NCBI RefSeq assembly: GCF_032444005.1
Contig: NC_091284.1
Coordinates: 38,874,001-38,938,000 of the forward strand
From: Ranitomeya imitator
Taxonomy: Eukaryota
Reading direction: 5' to 3'
Length of the DNA: 64,000 nt
The notes beneath the pieces are model-generated. The model was not told where the DNA came from. It made no database searches and worked only from the letters and a program-made list of their open reading frames with translations. This document shows positions 34,811 to 47,331 of this stretch, in pieces. Position numbers and translations under genes: made by a program. Every line of letters begins with the position of its first letter. The stretch's first letter is position 1.

Positions 34811-35838
34811 AGGGGTACTCTGGAGAGAGAAAACATTTTTCTACTGTCCCTGCCTTCATGAACTATAAAGATGAGATGCCCAGTGCAGTTCTATTATCTT
34901 TAGAACACTTGCAATTCAATGTGACAGGAGCTGCTCCTCACTGCTTCCCACTCCCATTTTGGACATTACGTCATGCAGCAGTGTGAAGCTCCCTCTGTGA
35001 GTACTAGCCTGTCCGAGAACAGGGGGCATGCTGTTATCAGGAAATTGGCTGGCATGGTGCTGCACTTCTGTAACGTCTCAGACTGAAGGGGGAGCAGTAA
35101 AGAGCAGCTCCTGTCACAGCAGTCCCCTGATAATGTCTCCTTGTCTGCAGTCTGAGATGAGGCGGTGTGTTGGGGGCATGGTCTGCCCCCTCTTCTCGGA
35201 CTGACTGTTACTCACAGCGGGGAGCTTCATAATGTTATATGACGGAACATCCCATCCGTTAGGGGGGAACAGTGAGGAGCAGCTCCTGTCACACTGAATT
35301 ACAAGGGTTATAAACATAATAGAACCACATCGATCATCTCATCTTTATAGTTTGAGGAAAAGGAAAGTGTAAAAAAGTGTTATCTCCTAGGAATACACCT
35401 AAAAAAGCATATAGCCATAACTTTATGAAAAAATAAAATGTTCCTAAGCACTAACAGGCAGATATTTGCTACCTACCAGCCTGTTGTGCATGGCGCCTTT
35501 CTTCACCATCACAGATCACTCGTACGGGGATTCAGCTGCCTCTGCTGACGTCACGTTAACAGAGCGGTGGCTTCTTCTCCGCTTCGCTCTATTGATAGGG
35601 CGGGGCTTCCAATGTCATTTTGGTAGCCATATTCCCACTGCCTAGCTGGGGGAGCCGGCTGTCAATCAGAATGATGCCAGAAGTCACGCCTCATCATCAG
35701 AGGCAGCCGAATCCCCAGCAGGAGCGGTCTGTACCAGAGAAGAACTGCGCTGGCCACAACAGGCAGGTAAGTAGCAACTGCCCGCCTGTTAGTGCTTTGG
35801 CACATTTATTGTTTTTCATAAAGCCCCGGATATACCCT
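34811..35838. mobile_element. Two adjacent degenerate T2-type MITEs (~34811-35400 and ~35401-35838)
   Basis: TTAA|AGGGGTACTC start. aagcactaacaggc / gcctgttagtgctt inverted arms in the second element. Ends ccggatataccct|ttaa. Confidence 0.5.
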
Positions 35839-36806
35839 TTAAGCATAACTTTTATTTTACTCATGAAAATCCCTGCTCCTCGTGGGCGGTCCTAACCAAT
35901 GACAGCAGGGAATTGCTGATTAGGACCACCCACTCAGCGACTATGTCCAGAAATGAGCAGGAAGTTCACTTGATATAATACAAATTATTCTGAAATTTTA
36001 CCCAGAAAAAAATATAGCCAGAAAATAATATATCTCTCTGCTGGGCACATTCTGCTCTATAACCTGGTGGCAAAAACTGCACACAGAAGATAAGAAGCTG
36101 ACCAGAAACCACAAAAAGGAGGAACGTGCCTTGTGCCCATGCAGATGTTGTGTCTTTGACTTGTCATCGTCAGATGTAGTATACCACATGTGCTTACATA
36201 CAAGCTGAGTCGTCGTTTTTTTTTTTTACTTCCTCTGCCGCTGTTTGCTTTTTTTATTTCCTCTTGAATTATTTGTGAACTAGGGAGCGTAGCTCCAGGA
36301 TTGTTCTGTCCCTAGCAGGTACCGCTGTTTTAGTCTAAGCTCAAGGCTAAGTGAACCCGGAATTGATGAGAGAATAGGAAGCAAATAAAGGAATGATGCT
36401 TCTAGGGGACCGATCACCAAGTCAAGTTCCAATTGTCTTTTCTTCTTTTTTTTATCATCCAACTTATGGTTCTAGAGGTATTGGCCTTTTTATTTAGTGA
36501 TAATTTTCATGTTCTTTTTTTTACTAAGGGGGCAGGGCTCATATCATTCTTTGGGGGGGTCTTTAGACTGTTCTGCATTATTGTCCTGTGACCCATACCC
36601 CCTTAAAAAGTAAGCAAAGAAGAAATTGGAAAAATAAGAGCTTCCCCCCCCCCCCCCCCCAATAAAGGCCACTTTTGACCTGGTGACGAGTTCTCTTTAA
36701 TACAATTGATTTCCCTAAATGATAGAAGAGAAGTACAACTCTGTGTCCTCCCCACCCACCTTCTTATACTTTGCTAATACTGATCCTTGGGAGTAGGCTG
36801 AAAACA

Positions 36807-37363
36807 CATACAGTACCTTCCGCGGTCAGGCCATACGGTACCTGCCATGGTGTGGCCATACGGTGCCTGCCGCGGTGTGGCCATACAGTACCTGCTGCAG
36901 TGTGGCCATACGGTGCCTGCTGCAGTGTGGCCATACGGTGCCTGCCGCGGTGTGACCATACGGTGCCTGCTGCGGTGTGGCCATACGGTGCCTGCCGCGG
37001 TGTGGCCATACGGTGCCTGCCGCGGTGTGACCATACGGTACCTGCCGCGGTGTTACCATACGGTACCTGCCGCCGTGTGGCCATACGGTACCTGCCGCGG
37101 TGTGGCCATACAGTACCTGCCGCGGTGTGGCCATACGGTGCCTTCCGCGGTGTGGCCATACCGTACCTGCCGCGGTGTGGCCATACGGTGCCTTCCGCGG
37201 TGTGGCCATACGGTGCCTTCCGCGGTGTGGCCATACGGTGCCTTCCGCGGTGTGGCCATACGTTACCTTCCGCGGTGTGGCCATACGGTGCCTGCCGCGG
37301 TGTGCCCATACGGTACCCGCCGCGGTGTGGCCATACGGTACCCGCCGCGGTGTGGCCATACGG
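36807..37363. repeat. 25-bp GC-rich minisatellite (ccatacggtgcctgccgcggtgtgg), ~22 units
   Basis: Direct repetition. The derived ORFs repeat every 25 aa (3 units). Confidence 0.95.
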
Positions 37364-37803
37364 GTGCGTGTATCCTTATACAGAGGCACGAGTCCCTCCA
37401 TAGTACACGCTGAATATTGGCTCCTCACTGTATGTGTGATCTCCTATGAGTAACTTAGTGGCCTTACCCTCTATAAAACGTCCCCGCACTGATGTCTGCA
37501 GCACAACTTCATGGAAAGTTCCTGAAGTTCCTTTATTTTCTCCAAATTACATTATTTAATTATTATTGAGACATTTTTTCCGTTCCGCTTTAATTTCCTG
37601 GATTTGAGCTGAGCTCTTTTTCTTTTTCTTGTGAAGTAATGTACGGTTTAGTCGTGCTTTAAAGTCGCTGCCAATTAATCTAATCCTTATTCGATGGCTG
37701 CAAATAATCTTCTATTCATTTTTACTAAGTAATCCGGCGATCAGACTGTAGGAAGCCGGGAAATAACGGACGGTTATGTGTAAAGCTGCATTTGTAATTG
37801 TGA

Positions 37804-38585
37804 GTAGCAGGGATGAGGAACCGATGTAGCAGAGCTGAGTTTGCTATAGTGGTAGCAGAGCTGGTAGAGTGATGTAGTAGGGATGAGGAACCGATGTAGC
37901 AGAGCTGAGTTTGCTATAGTGGTAGCAGAGCTGGTACAGTGATGTAGTATGGATGATGAACCGATGTAGCAGAGCTGAGTTTGCAAGGATGGTAGCAGAG
38001 CTGGTAGAGTGATGTAGTAGGGATGAGGAACCGATGTAGTAGAGCTGAGTTTGCTATAGTGGTAGCAGAGCTGGTAGAGTGATGTAGTAGGGATGAGGAA
38101 CCGATGTAGCAGAGCTGAGTTTGCTATAGTGGTAGCAGAGCTGGTACAGTGATGTAGTATGGATGATGAACCGATGTAGCAGAGCTGAGTTTGCAAGGAT
38201 GGTAGCAGAGCTGGTAGAGTGATGTAGTAGGGATGAGGAACCGATGTAGTAGAGCTGAGTTTGCTATAGTGGTAGCAGAGCTGGTAGAGTGATGTAGCAG
38301 GGATGAGGAACCGATGTAGTAGTGCTGAGTTTGCTATAGTGGTAGCAGAGCTGGTAGAGTGATGTAGCAGGGATGAGGAACCGATGTAGCAGTGCTGAGT
38401 TTGCTATAGTGGTAGCAGAGCTGGTACAATGATGTATCAAGGTTGAGTCTGGGATGAGGAACTGATGTAGCAGAGTTGAGTTTACAGTGGTTGTAGCAGA
38501 GCTGGTCCAATGATGTAGCAGGGTTGAGACAGGGATGAGGAACCAATGTAGCAGAGCTGGCACAGTGATGCAGCAGAGTTCATTT
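37804..38585. repeat. 70-bp tandem repeat, ~11 units
   Basis: ggatgaggaaccgatgtagcagagctgagtttgctatagtggtagcagagctggtagagtgatgtagtag at 37811, 37881 and onward. Confidence 0.95.
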
Positions 38586-39000
38586 AGTGATGAGAAACCA
38601 CTGAATAGCAGGAACGAGGCGACATTTTGGTTCCCAGCACTGTGATCAGCCAACTATCTGGGTAGTCTGGCCGTGCTTTACTATTTGAGCCAGTCTAGAT
38701 TACAAGGAAGGTTAACGTCACAGGAGTAGAAAACCTTGGCCCGAGGACGATGGAGGACCCAGTGCTGGAGTTAAGAGAAGTAAGACCTCCAAAGTATCTC
38801 TGTACATTACTACTCAAAAACCGCACTTGTCTGCTATGTTTTCTGAATTACTCCTGGACGATGTAGCCGAGTGGAAATCTCCAACTCCAGGAAGAATTGG
38901 TAAATGTCCCGGGCACCACAGATTCCTCCCGCTAGGCCAGCTTTCCCTTCCATCAGGGTCATGGGGCAGACCAGATATCGGAGGGAACGGCAATGCGCTT

Positions 39001-39780
39001 TGTTATGTTTGCTAATGACAGGTGTTATGAAGGCAATCCAGAAACACAGTGTGCTTAGCGATCAGAGCGCACACAGTGATCTGACAAATACCCAAAAATA
39101 CAAGAACGAGCTCTGAGACGTGGAAACTCTGTAGACTGCACACCTGATCCTATCCTAAACACAACTAAAAGCGGCTGTGGATTGCGCCTAACAACTACCT
39201 AGGCAACTCGGCACAGCCTAAGAAACTAGCTAGCCTGAAGATAGAAAAATAGGCCTGACTTGCCCCAGAGAAATTCCCCAAAGGAAAAGGCAGCCCCCCA
39301 CATATAATGACTGTGAGTAAGATGAAAAGACAAAACGTAGGGATGAAATAGATTCAGCAAAGTGGGGCCCGATATTCTAGGACAGAGCGAGGACAGTAAA
39401 GCGAACTTTGCAGTCTACAAAAAACCCTAAAGCAAAACCACGCAAAGGGGGCAAAAAAAACCCACCGTGCCGAACTAACGGCACGGCGGTACACCCTTTG
39501 CGTCTCAGAACTTCCAGCAAAACAAAAGACAAGCTGGACAAAAAAAAAACAACAAAAAAGCAAAAAGCACTTAGCTATACAGAGCAGCAGGTCACAGGAA
39601 CAATCAGGAGAAGCTCAGATCCAACACTGAAACATTGACAAGGAGCAAGGATAGCAGCATCAGGCGGAGTTAAGTAATGAAGCAGTTAACGAGCTCACCA
39701 GAACACCTGAGGGAGGAAGCTCAGAAGCTGCAGTACCACTTGTGACCACAGGAGTGAATTCAGCCACAGAATTCACAACA
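39001..39780. mobile_element. Solo LTR (780 bp)
   Basis: TGTTATG...CACAACA inverted termini. Identical flanks GCGCTT at 38995-39000 and 39781-39786. Confidence 0.88.
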
Positions 39781-40754
39781 GCGCTTGCATGACTACCCCT
39801 TAGTTGTGCAGTAGGGGGGAGGGCACCTTGGGACCCCTGTTCTGGTGATTGTTGGTGGTCTTGGCCCCCTAATGGTGGCTGGAGCAGATACGAAGAGCTA
39901 ATTTGCATACGTTTTTCCCAGGGATCACTGCCAGTCCTATAAGTCTCCATGAGGAGAGACAGTACTGAAGATCTATGTATCGGGAACATCTACTCGTAAC
40001 TGTATCAATAGAGCGATCCTGCTGAAAGAAAAGGCTCTTAGCGGTGACCATTTGGTCCTTTATCTGCAGTGTTTCTTCACTATCGCTTCTCCTTGTAGGT
40101 TGCTGAGAGCTGCTGGCTCGTCTATTCTTTTACTGACTGTTCTTTAGCACGTTTTCCCCTTCGCTCACCTCTCGCTTATTGCATCTTGGCCGTGGGATTT
40201 TGCACTGTAAAGTCTGATGCTCACCGGGGCGCATTATGTAAGAGACCGAAGACCGAGCTCCACACATTGGAAATGTTTTACCTATTAGGTCTGTGATCTA
40301 TGTCTGTTATAGAGCATTAATTAATACAAAATATCAAATTACTAGCACCGACCTGGAACCGTTCTTGATAACGATCCAACAGCAGAACATCGCAGCAGGA
40401 TGGAGGTGCAGAAGAGCGACGACTCCTCAACATGGTTCCTTATGGATTGCTATAGGCGGCAAATGATTTTCTCATACAGAGCACCAAACCCTCTGCACTG
40501 AGTCTTTATTCTGGGGGTTCACTGTTATCACTGGAGGAATTTACCGTGTGCTGGATTATCGTTCAGTGCAATGTATAATGTGTGAGATTAAGGAGTAACC
40601 GGCATTTGTCATTTCTATTTCATACATCAATAGACACATGGAAATAAGCCGCTCTATAACCATCTTATCGGGGAAATCCGCTTCTTCCTCCTCCTGGGTT
40701 GTAACATCACTGTCATTTCTTGTGTACAATCTGTATTATGAAAATCATATACGG

Positions 40755-40937
40755 CAGAGGTGTCAAACTGCATTCATCGAGGGCCGCAAACGGGTCATGT
40801 TTTCAGGATTTCCTTGTATTGCACAAGGTGCTGGAATCATTCTGTGCAGGTGATTAAATTATCACCTGTGCAACACAAGGAAATCCTGAAAACATGACCT
40901 GTTTGCGGCCCTCGAGGAATGCAGTTTGACACCTCTG
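40755..40937. mobile_element. hAT-type palindromic MITE (183 bp)
   Basis: TIR cagaggtgtcaaactgcatt / aatgcagtttgacacctctg. Perfect 8-bp TSD ATATACGG at 40747-40754 and 40938-40945. Confidence 0.93.
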
Positions 40938-41118
40938 ATATACGGTATGTATTATCAAAGTGTAAAAATGAAAAGTTCGGTCGTTAAGGACAAAGTGCCA
41001 CCTAAGGGCTATTGGGGGGCAGCCAGAATGTTACCAGGTAAAGGGGACCTGTTAGCTAGAAACCACCCTGGCCACCATACAGGATCTCACTGAAGATATA
41101 TCTCTTTATCGTCTCACG

Positions 41119-41898
41119 CTCTCTGTCCCTCTCGCCCTCTCTCGCTGTCCCTCTCGCCCTCTCTCGCTGTCCCTCTCGCCCTCTCTCGCTGTCCCTCTCG
41201 CCCTCTCTCGCTGTCCCTCTCGCCCTCTCTCGCTGTCCCTCTCGCCCTCTCTCGCTGTCCCTCTCGCCCTCTCTCGCTGTCCCTCTCGCCCTCTCTCGCT
41301 GTCCCTCTCGCCCTCTCTCGCTGTCCCTCTCGCCCTCTCTCGCTGTCCCTCTCGCCCTCTCTCGCTGTCCCTCTCGCCCTCTCTCGCTGTCCCTCTCGCC
41401 CTCTCTCGCTGTCCCTCTCGCCCTCTCTCGCTGTCCCTCTCGCCCTCTCTCGCTGTCCCTCTCGCCCTCTCTCGCTGTCCCTCTCGCCCTCTCTCGCTGT
41501 CCCTCTCGCCCTCTCTCGCTGTCCCTCTCGCCCTCTCTCGCTGTCCCTCTCGCCCTCTCTCGCTGTCCCTCTCGCCCTCTCTCGCTGTCCCTCTCGCCCT
41601 CTCTCGCTGTCCCTCTCGCCCTCTCTCGCTGTCCCTCTCGCTGGCCCTCTCTCGCTGGCCCTCTCGCTGGCCCTCTCTCGCTGTCCCTCTCGCTGGCCCT
41701 CTCTCGCTGTCCCTCTCGCTGTCCCTCTCTCGCTGTCCCTCTCGCCCTCTCTCGCTGTCCCTCTCGCTGTCCCTCTCTCGCTGTCCCTCTCTCGCTGTCC
41801 CTCTCGCCCTCTCTCGCTGTCACTCTCGCCCTCTCTCGCTGTCCCTCTCGCCCTCTCTTGCTGTCCCTCTCGCCCTCTCTCGCTGTCCCTCTCGCCCT
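41119..41898. repeat. 22-bp pyrimidine-rich minisatellite (ctctcgccctctctcgctgtcc), ~35 units
   Basis: Direct repetition. Almost no A on the + strand. Confidence 0.95.
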
Positions 41899-43269
41899 TT
41901 GTCCTGATCAGTCTTTGCTTCTGGCCCATTGATTGTTATATGGCTGAATACCAGTACAGTTTTACTTTTTTTTTTTTTTTTTTTTTTTAAGTCATTAACT
42001 TTGGCCTTCACTTGCACCTGTCCTGAGGCCAGATCCAGGTCATCAGAACTTGCCTTGTGTGCTCCCAGTATTCTGCGTATGTGCCGGATTTGGGCTTCAC
42101 CATGGCAGATTTGGTGCAGCCTGTGGCTACACATCAGTCAGCAGACTAGTCGTAGGCTAGCAACAAATGACCCCCGAGCCAGGTGCATTAGGTCTCAGCC
42201 CTCCAGATTTGGGCCGTGCATTACTTTCACACCTTGTTATGCCATTCTTGTCTTGCATTCTCCTTCTTGCAGCTTTGAACTCGCTCGCAGGTCGCGTCTA
42301 TTTTCATTCTTCAGCTATTTTCCATTGCTTAACAGGTATCTCCAGTCCTGGGAGATAATTGCAGGGTTTAGAGCTGGAGCGGCGATGTTTCATACTTGGG
42401 TTTGGCCTGTGATCTTCCGCCATCCTCCTCGTGTCCTGATGCGAGCGGCCTCCCGTTACCTAGTAATTCTGTATACCGGCGGCTGACCTTGTGAATTCAG
42501 GTCGGTATAGGAGCTATGACAGCTATGTTCTGTCCGGCCGGTGTCTGTTACAGAAAGCGCTGCCACCTTGTAGGGCTGCGAGGGTCACTCCGCGTTAATA
42601 TTTTCCATCTGATACTTTTCACTTCTCGTCGTCTTCCAGCAAATGCTGCTTTATCTCCATAGATAGGGTGGAAACAAAACTTATGGAATAAGGTCATTTA
42701 AAGGGGGCGCTAATATAAAAAAATAATACAGTAATAAAGTTAAATTCGAGCTGGTATAAGTTCCTCTCCTAGTGGACCGTTGACGCGATGCATTAAACAC
42801 TTTATTTTAAGATTTTAAGGCGTGTTTTCTTTATTTTGAGATTTTAAGGCGTGTTTTCTTTATTTTGAGATTTTAAGGCGTGTTTTGATGTCCAAAAGAT
42901 CCGCTCAAATTCTGAAATTTCCAGAGCTTCCATAGGATTGAATAACGAAAACTGCGCATGCGCAACCTCCTCTTTATTCCTGTCTGTGCGCAACTGGACC
43001 CCATGCTTCAGATAAATATTAACACTTGTGGTATATTCTTTTGATATATCATAAATGTCGCAGATGGGAATACTCAAAAGCTGTATCTGTTTTTTTTTAT
43101 TATCTATCTATTTTCATTGTCTATATGACCAGAGGAAAGGAACAATTTGTATTCTTCATAACCCTATTTTGGGGAACATATATTTTTTTTATTATATAGG
43201 TACGGTATATATGTTTTTGCAGCTTTTATATGTAGGATAAAAATTATTTCTGTTTCACCAAGAGCTATG

Positions 43270-43320
<51 letters not shown>

Positions 43321-43329
43321 TGTTAATAA

Positions 43330-44115
43330 TAATATTTTAACAGATTTCAGGTTGTCACTTTTGCTTAAAAACCAAATATTTGTTTGTTTTTTCCTTGTTT
43401 TTTGCTTCTTCTTTTTTAACTTTATTTTTATTTTATGCCAGTAAATACCATATATTTGGGCAACTCACTTAATCATGTAAACATAATATTATTATTATTA
43501 TTATTATTTTAACAAGAGTTCTGGTTGTCACTATTGCTTAAAAGCCAAATATTTGTTGTTGGTTTTTTTGTTTTCCTTTTTTCCTTTTTTTTTCTTATGA
43601 TTTACTTTTCCACTTTATCTTTATTTCATGCCGGTAAATACCATATCTTTGGGGCGACTCACTTAAACCTGTAAGACGCATTTCCTTAAACATATGACAT
43701 GAGTCTGGACCAGGAAGAAGCGCTTACTAGGGCGAAACGGCCTTTGGTCCATACTTTCTAGTAATCTGAGTAGAGAGGGTTAATACTGGTACTGCCCAAA
43801 AAACATTATTCCCCATAGACTACGGTGTTGCTCAGCAAGGGTTCGTGAAAAAAATGATCAATTTCCAATATAGAGAAGAAGAATGAACATGTGATACTCA
43901 ACCGTAACTCAACAACAAGAAAACTTGAGCAGACTTTATTACAGTCAAGTAACATTGCAGCTTGGTAGCATGCGGAACACTATAGAGCATGCACAACTGC
44001 CGTTTCGCCCCGAGCAGGTGCTTCTTCCTGGTCCCTTTGTTGTTTTTGTAGTTTTCTGTTGAGTGAATGTTCTATCTTTTTGCTCCCTGATCCCCACGCG
44101 TTTCGCAGCAATCAG
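43330..44115. mobile_element. Probable PLE-derived remnant: ~170-bp AT-rich tandem duplication plus degenerate hammerhead-like motifs in both orientations
   Basis: Duplicated ggttgtcact..gcttaaaa..ccaaatatttg...atgcc.gtaaataccatat at ~43340 and ~43511. Motifs GGACCAGGAAGAAGC..GGGCGAAACGGC at 43707-43750 (+) and 43991-44034 (-). CGAAACGCGT at 44096-44105 (-). Confidence 0.45.
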
Positions 44116-44882
44116 TAAATCCACCTGTAGATTGTTGCAGATCGTTCTTCTATATGATGGAACAGTGAATTTTCTTAGTCCGGTATGCAAACCTCAGTCC
44201 GTTACATAATGCGGTTGGTGTTGAGCAACACAGCCTTGTGTAATGGAGCACGCTGTATTTTTAGTCTGTGCAGACTACTGGTGGAAAAAAAAAAAAAAAG
44301 TTTCGATATGCGTCTGTATGTCCTTTGCTAATTTTCCAGAAAGAGATTATCACTTAAAGGGGATGTAATATATCGTCTGGAACAGTTTTACCAAATTTAT
44401 TTTATATACCCCGCACACTGAGTGGAGTTACAAGTGTAAAAAGACACCTTTTTTCTGAATAGAGCCTTTTTTTTGCGTTTTTTTTTCAGGATATTTCTTC
44501 AGGGTTAGGTACTGTGCTTTATTATAAGGGCTAATAATGGAGACCCCACATTATACAATGGCATGGTAAGGGCAGTTTCTGCTTTGGCGCACTCAACCCA
44601 ACTGTGATCAACCATTTTATTTTATTTTTTTTTCAATGGGCACCATGTAATACTACATTTTTCCTGTAGTGGCCGCTGTAGGAAAACTCGTATGGCTGCA
44701 TGAAGCTTTCCCAATGATAATGATATTAGATGGAGTTCGGTCTAACCGGCCCGTTTTGGTGGCACCCCTCGGCCATCGAATGTGTCTGTACAAGTGATGA
44801 GTGAACGTGCTCAGATAAGGTCTCAGGCCGAACAGATCTGAATTCAAGATTTTGAGATTTTCAAATGGAAACTGTTCATATA

Positions 44883-46467
44883 CAGTTGTGCTCAAAAGTT
44901 TACATACCCCGGCAGAATTTTTGCTTTCTTGGCCTTTTTTCAGAGAATGTTAATGATGACACCAAAACTTTTTCTCCACTCATGGTTAGTGGTTGGGTGA
45001 AGCCATTTATTGTCAAACTACTGTGCTTTCTCGTGTCTGCGAATTGAGATACTGATTTGACTTTTATCCTAAGTCATATTGCACAACAAGGGTTGATTGT
45101 GACTTGTAGGATCGCTACTTCCAACAGGTGGCGCTACAGAGTTTAAGTCCTCTTTTTGTCTGAAGAGGCAATTTGCATATTATATCATAATGACAACCCA
45201 AAACATCCAAATGACCCATATCAAAAGTTTACATACCCCATTTCTTAATACCGTGTATTGCCCCCTCTAACATCAATGACAGCTTGAAGTCTTTTGTGGA
45301 TGAGGTTCTTTATTTTCTCAGATGGTAAAGCTGCCCACTCTTCTTGGCAAAAAGCCTCCGGCTCCTGTAATTTCCTGGGCTGTCTGGCATGAACTGCGCG
45401 CTTGAGATCTCCCCAGAGTGGCTCAATGATATCGAGGTCAGGGGACTGAGATGGCCACTACAGAATCTTCACTTTGTTCTGCTGTAGCCAATGACAGGTC
45501 GACTTGGCCTTGTGTCCAAGTATGTCCCATGTTCAGCTTCTGGGCTGATGATTGCAGATTTGCCACAAGTATTTGCTGATAACGTGCTGCATTCATCTTT
45601 CCTTCAACTTTGACAAAGTTTCCTGTGCCTTTGTAGCTCACACATTCCCAAAACATCAGCGATCCACCTCCATGCTTTACAGTAGGAATGGTGTTCCTTT
45701 CATCGTAGGCCTTGTTGACCTCTCTCCAAATTACCTTGTTCCAGAAGTTTTGAGGCTTGTCTCTGTGATGTTTTGCGTATTGTAGGTGAGCTACATTATG
45801 GCATTTGCGCAGTAATGGCTTTCTTCTGGTGATTCGACCATGCAGCCCATTTTTCTTCAAATGCCTTCTTATTGTGCATCTTGAAACAGCCACACCGCTA
45901 GTTTTCAGAGAGTCCTGTATTCCAGCTGATGTAATTTGTGGGTTTTTCTTTGCATCCCGAACAATTTTCCTGGCAGTTGTGGACAACATTCTTGTTTGTC
46001 TACCTGACCATGTTTTTGTTTTTACAGAGCTCCTGATTGTTCATTTTTTAATCACAGTTTGAATCCTGCTGACAGCTTGATCAATTCCTTGGATATCTTT
46101 GTGTATCCCTTTCCTGTTTTACACAGTTCAACTACCTTTTCCCGTAGATCCATTGACAATTCTTTTGCTTTCCCCATGAATCACAATCCAGAAACGTCAG
46201 TGGCTGGATTAATGATGGAAGAGTCTGTCTGGATCCCAGAAACTCACTCAGCTTTTATGCACACACACTGATTACAAGCAAACAGGTCACAGGTGAGGAT
46301 GTTACCTTTAGTAGCCACACAAACCCATTTGTGTCAACTTCTGTGCATGTTAACCCAACCACTAACGATGAGTGGAGAAAAAGTTTTGGTGTTATCATTC
46401 ATATTCTCTAAAAATAGAGAAGAAAGCAAAAATTTTGTCGGGGTATGTAAACTTTTCAGCACAACTG
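44883..46467 (-). mobile_element. Defective Tc1/mariner element with internally deleted transposase
   Basis: TA|CAGTTGTGCTCAAAAG ... CTTTTCAGCACAACTG|TA with long TIRs. ORF 45438-45989 contains CTIRRHLKKNGLHGR..RRKPLL and PTVKHGGGSLMFW. Confidence 0.95.
45033..45180 (+). mobile_element. Short dispersed repeat inserted in the Tc1 left TIR region, carrying a CTCF-like motif
   Basis: Interrupts the Tc1 sequence (ctactgtgctttctc|...|tatatcataatgacaaccc). Contains CCAACAGGTGGCGCT at 45121-45135. Confidence 0.65.
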
Positions 46468-47162
46468 TAGTTTTTTTTTTTATTTTTGATCCCTTTGAGA
46501 TCCCAACTGGAATTTTGATACAGATGTGGCTAGGAGCATACAAGGCGCATGTGAATTTTTTGAAAATTTTAGATCCTATATATTTTTTTTTTTCTGGTAA
46601 TGCTTTTCAAAATTTTGTGTTTGAGTCCACATGGGTAAAATCGGTAAAATATTAACAAAATGTACTCTGCATATGTTACTAAGTAGATCTCTTAGACCAG
46701 GTGAAGCTGGTGTACTCACTTTGAAAATCTATGTTGCAGCCTCAGTTAGACTAAGTGCTCATTTTATTATCAGGTGTTTTGGCTGTGAGGGGGAAATTTA
46801 ATAGGAGTATACAGCTAATCTGTACAGTAAGCACACCAGCCTCATCAGGACATGAGATCTAAATCTGAGTATTAGTGTTTTCCAAGGGGAAAGAAAGGTT
46901 GTCCCAGGTACCTCTGTCCCCTCAATACAGCTCTGGCAGCAGTTTTTCTTCGCTAAACACAAAGGATCAGGTGTTAAATTCCAATGGACGATCCCTCTCT
47001 CCCCCAACATCATCTGTCGGGGAACAGTCCTACAGATCAGTTGGTTGGTGGTCCTGGCTAAATGGCAAGTTTGTTTGACATTCGACTTGTGTATGCGGGC
47101 CTCAATGGGGTTGTCCACTTCTAGGAAAATGAGACTAAACTATGTAAAATACTTAAAATAAC

Positions 47163-47292
47163 NNNNNNNNNNNNNNNNNNNNNNNNNNNNNNNNNNNNNN
47201 NNNNNNNNNNNNNNNNNNNNNNNNNNNNNNNNNNNNNNNNNNNNNNNNNNNNNNNNNNNNNNNNNNNNNNNNNNNNNNNNNNNNNNNNNNNN
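47163..47292. other. Assembly gap (130 N)
   Basis: Run of n characters. Confidence 1.
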
Positions 47293-47331
47293 CTCTTGTG
47301 TTTTTTGGCTGCAGTGGTGACATCACGTGAA

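Noticed and set aside
36764-37453. Multiple 100-210-aa ORFs over the 25-bp array
   Set aside because: Repeat-derived, open in most frames, with no splice context.
41056-42134. RE/G-rich ORFs and a possible minus-strand exon at ~42010-42120
   Set aside because: The ORFs come from the 22-bp repeat. The adjacent unique peptide matches no protein family I recognise and its splice signals are weak.
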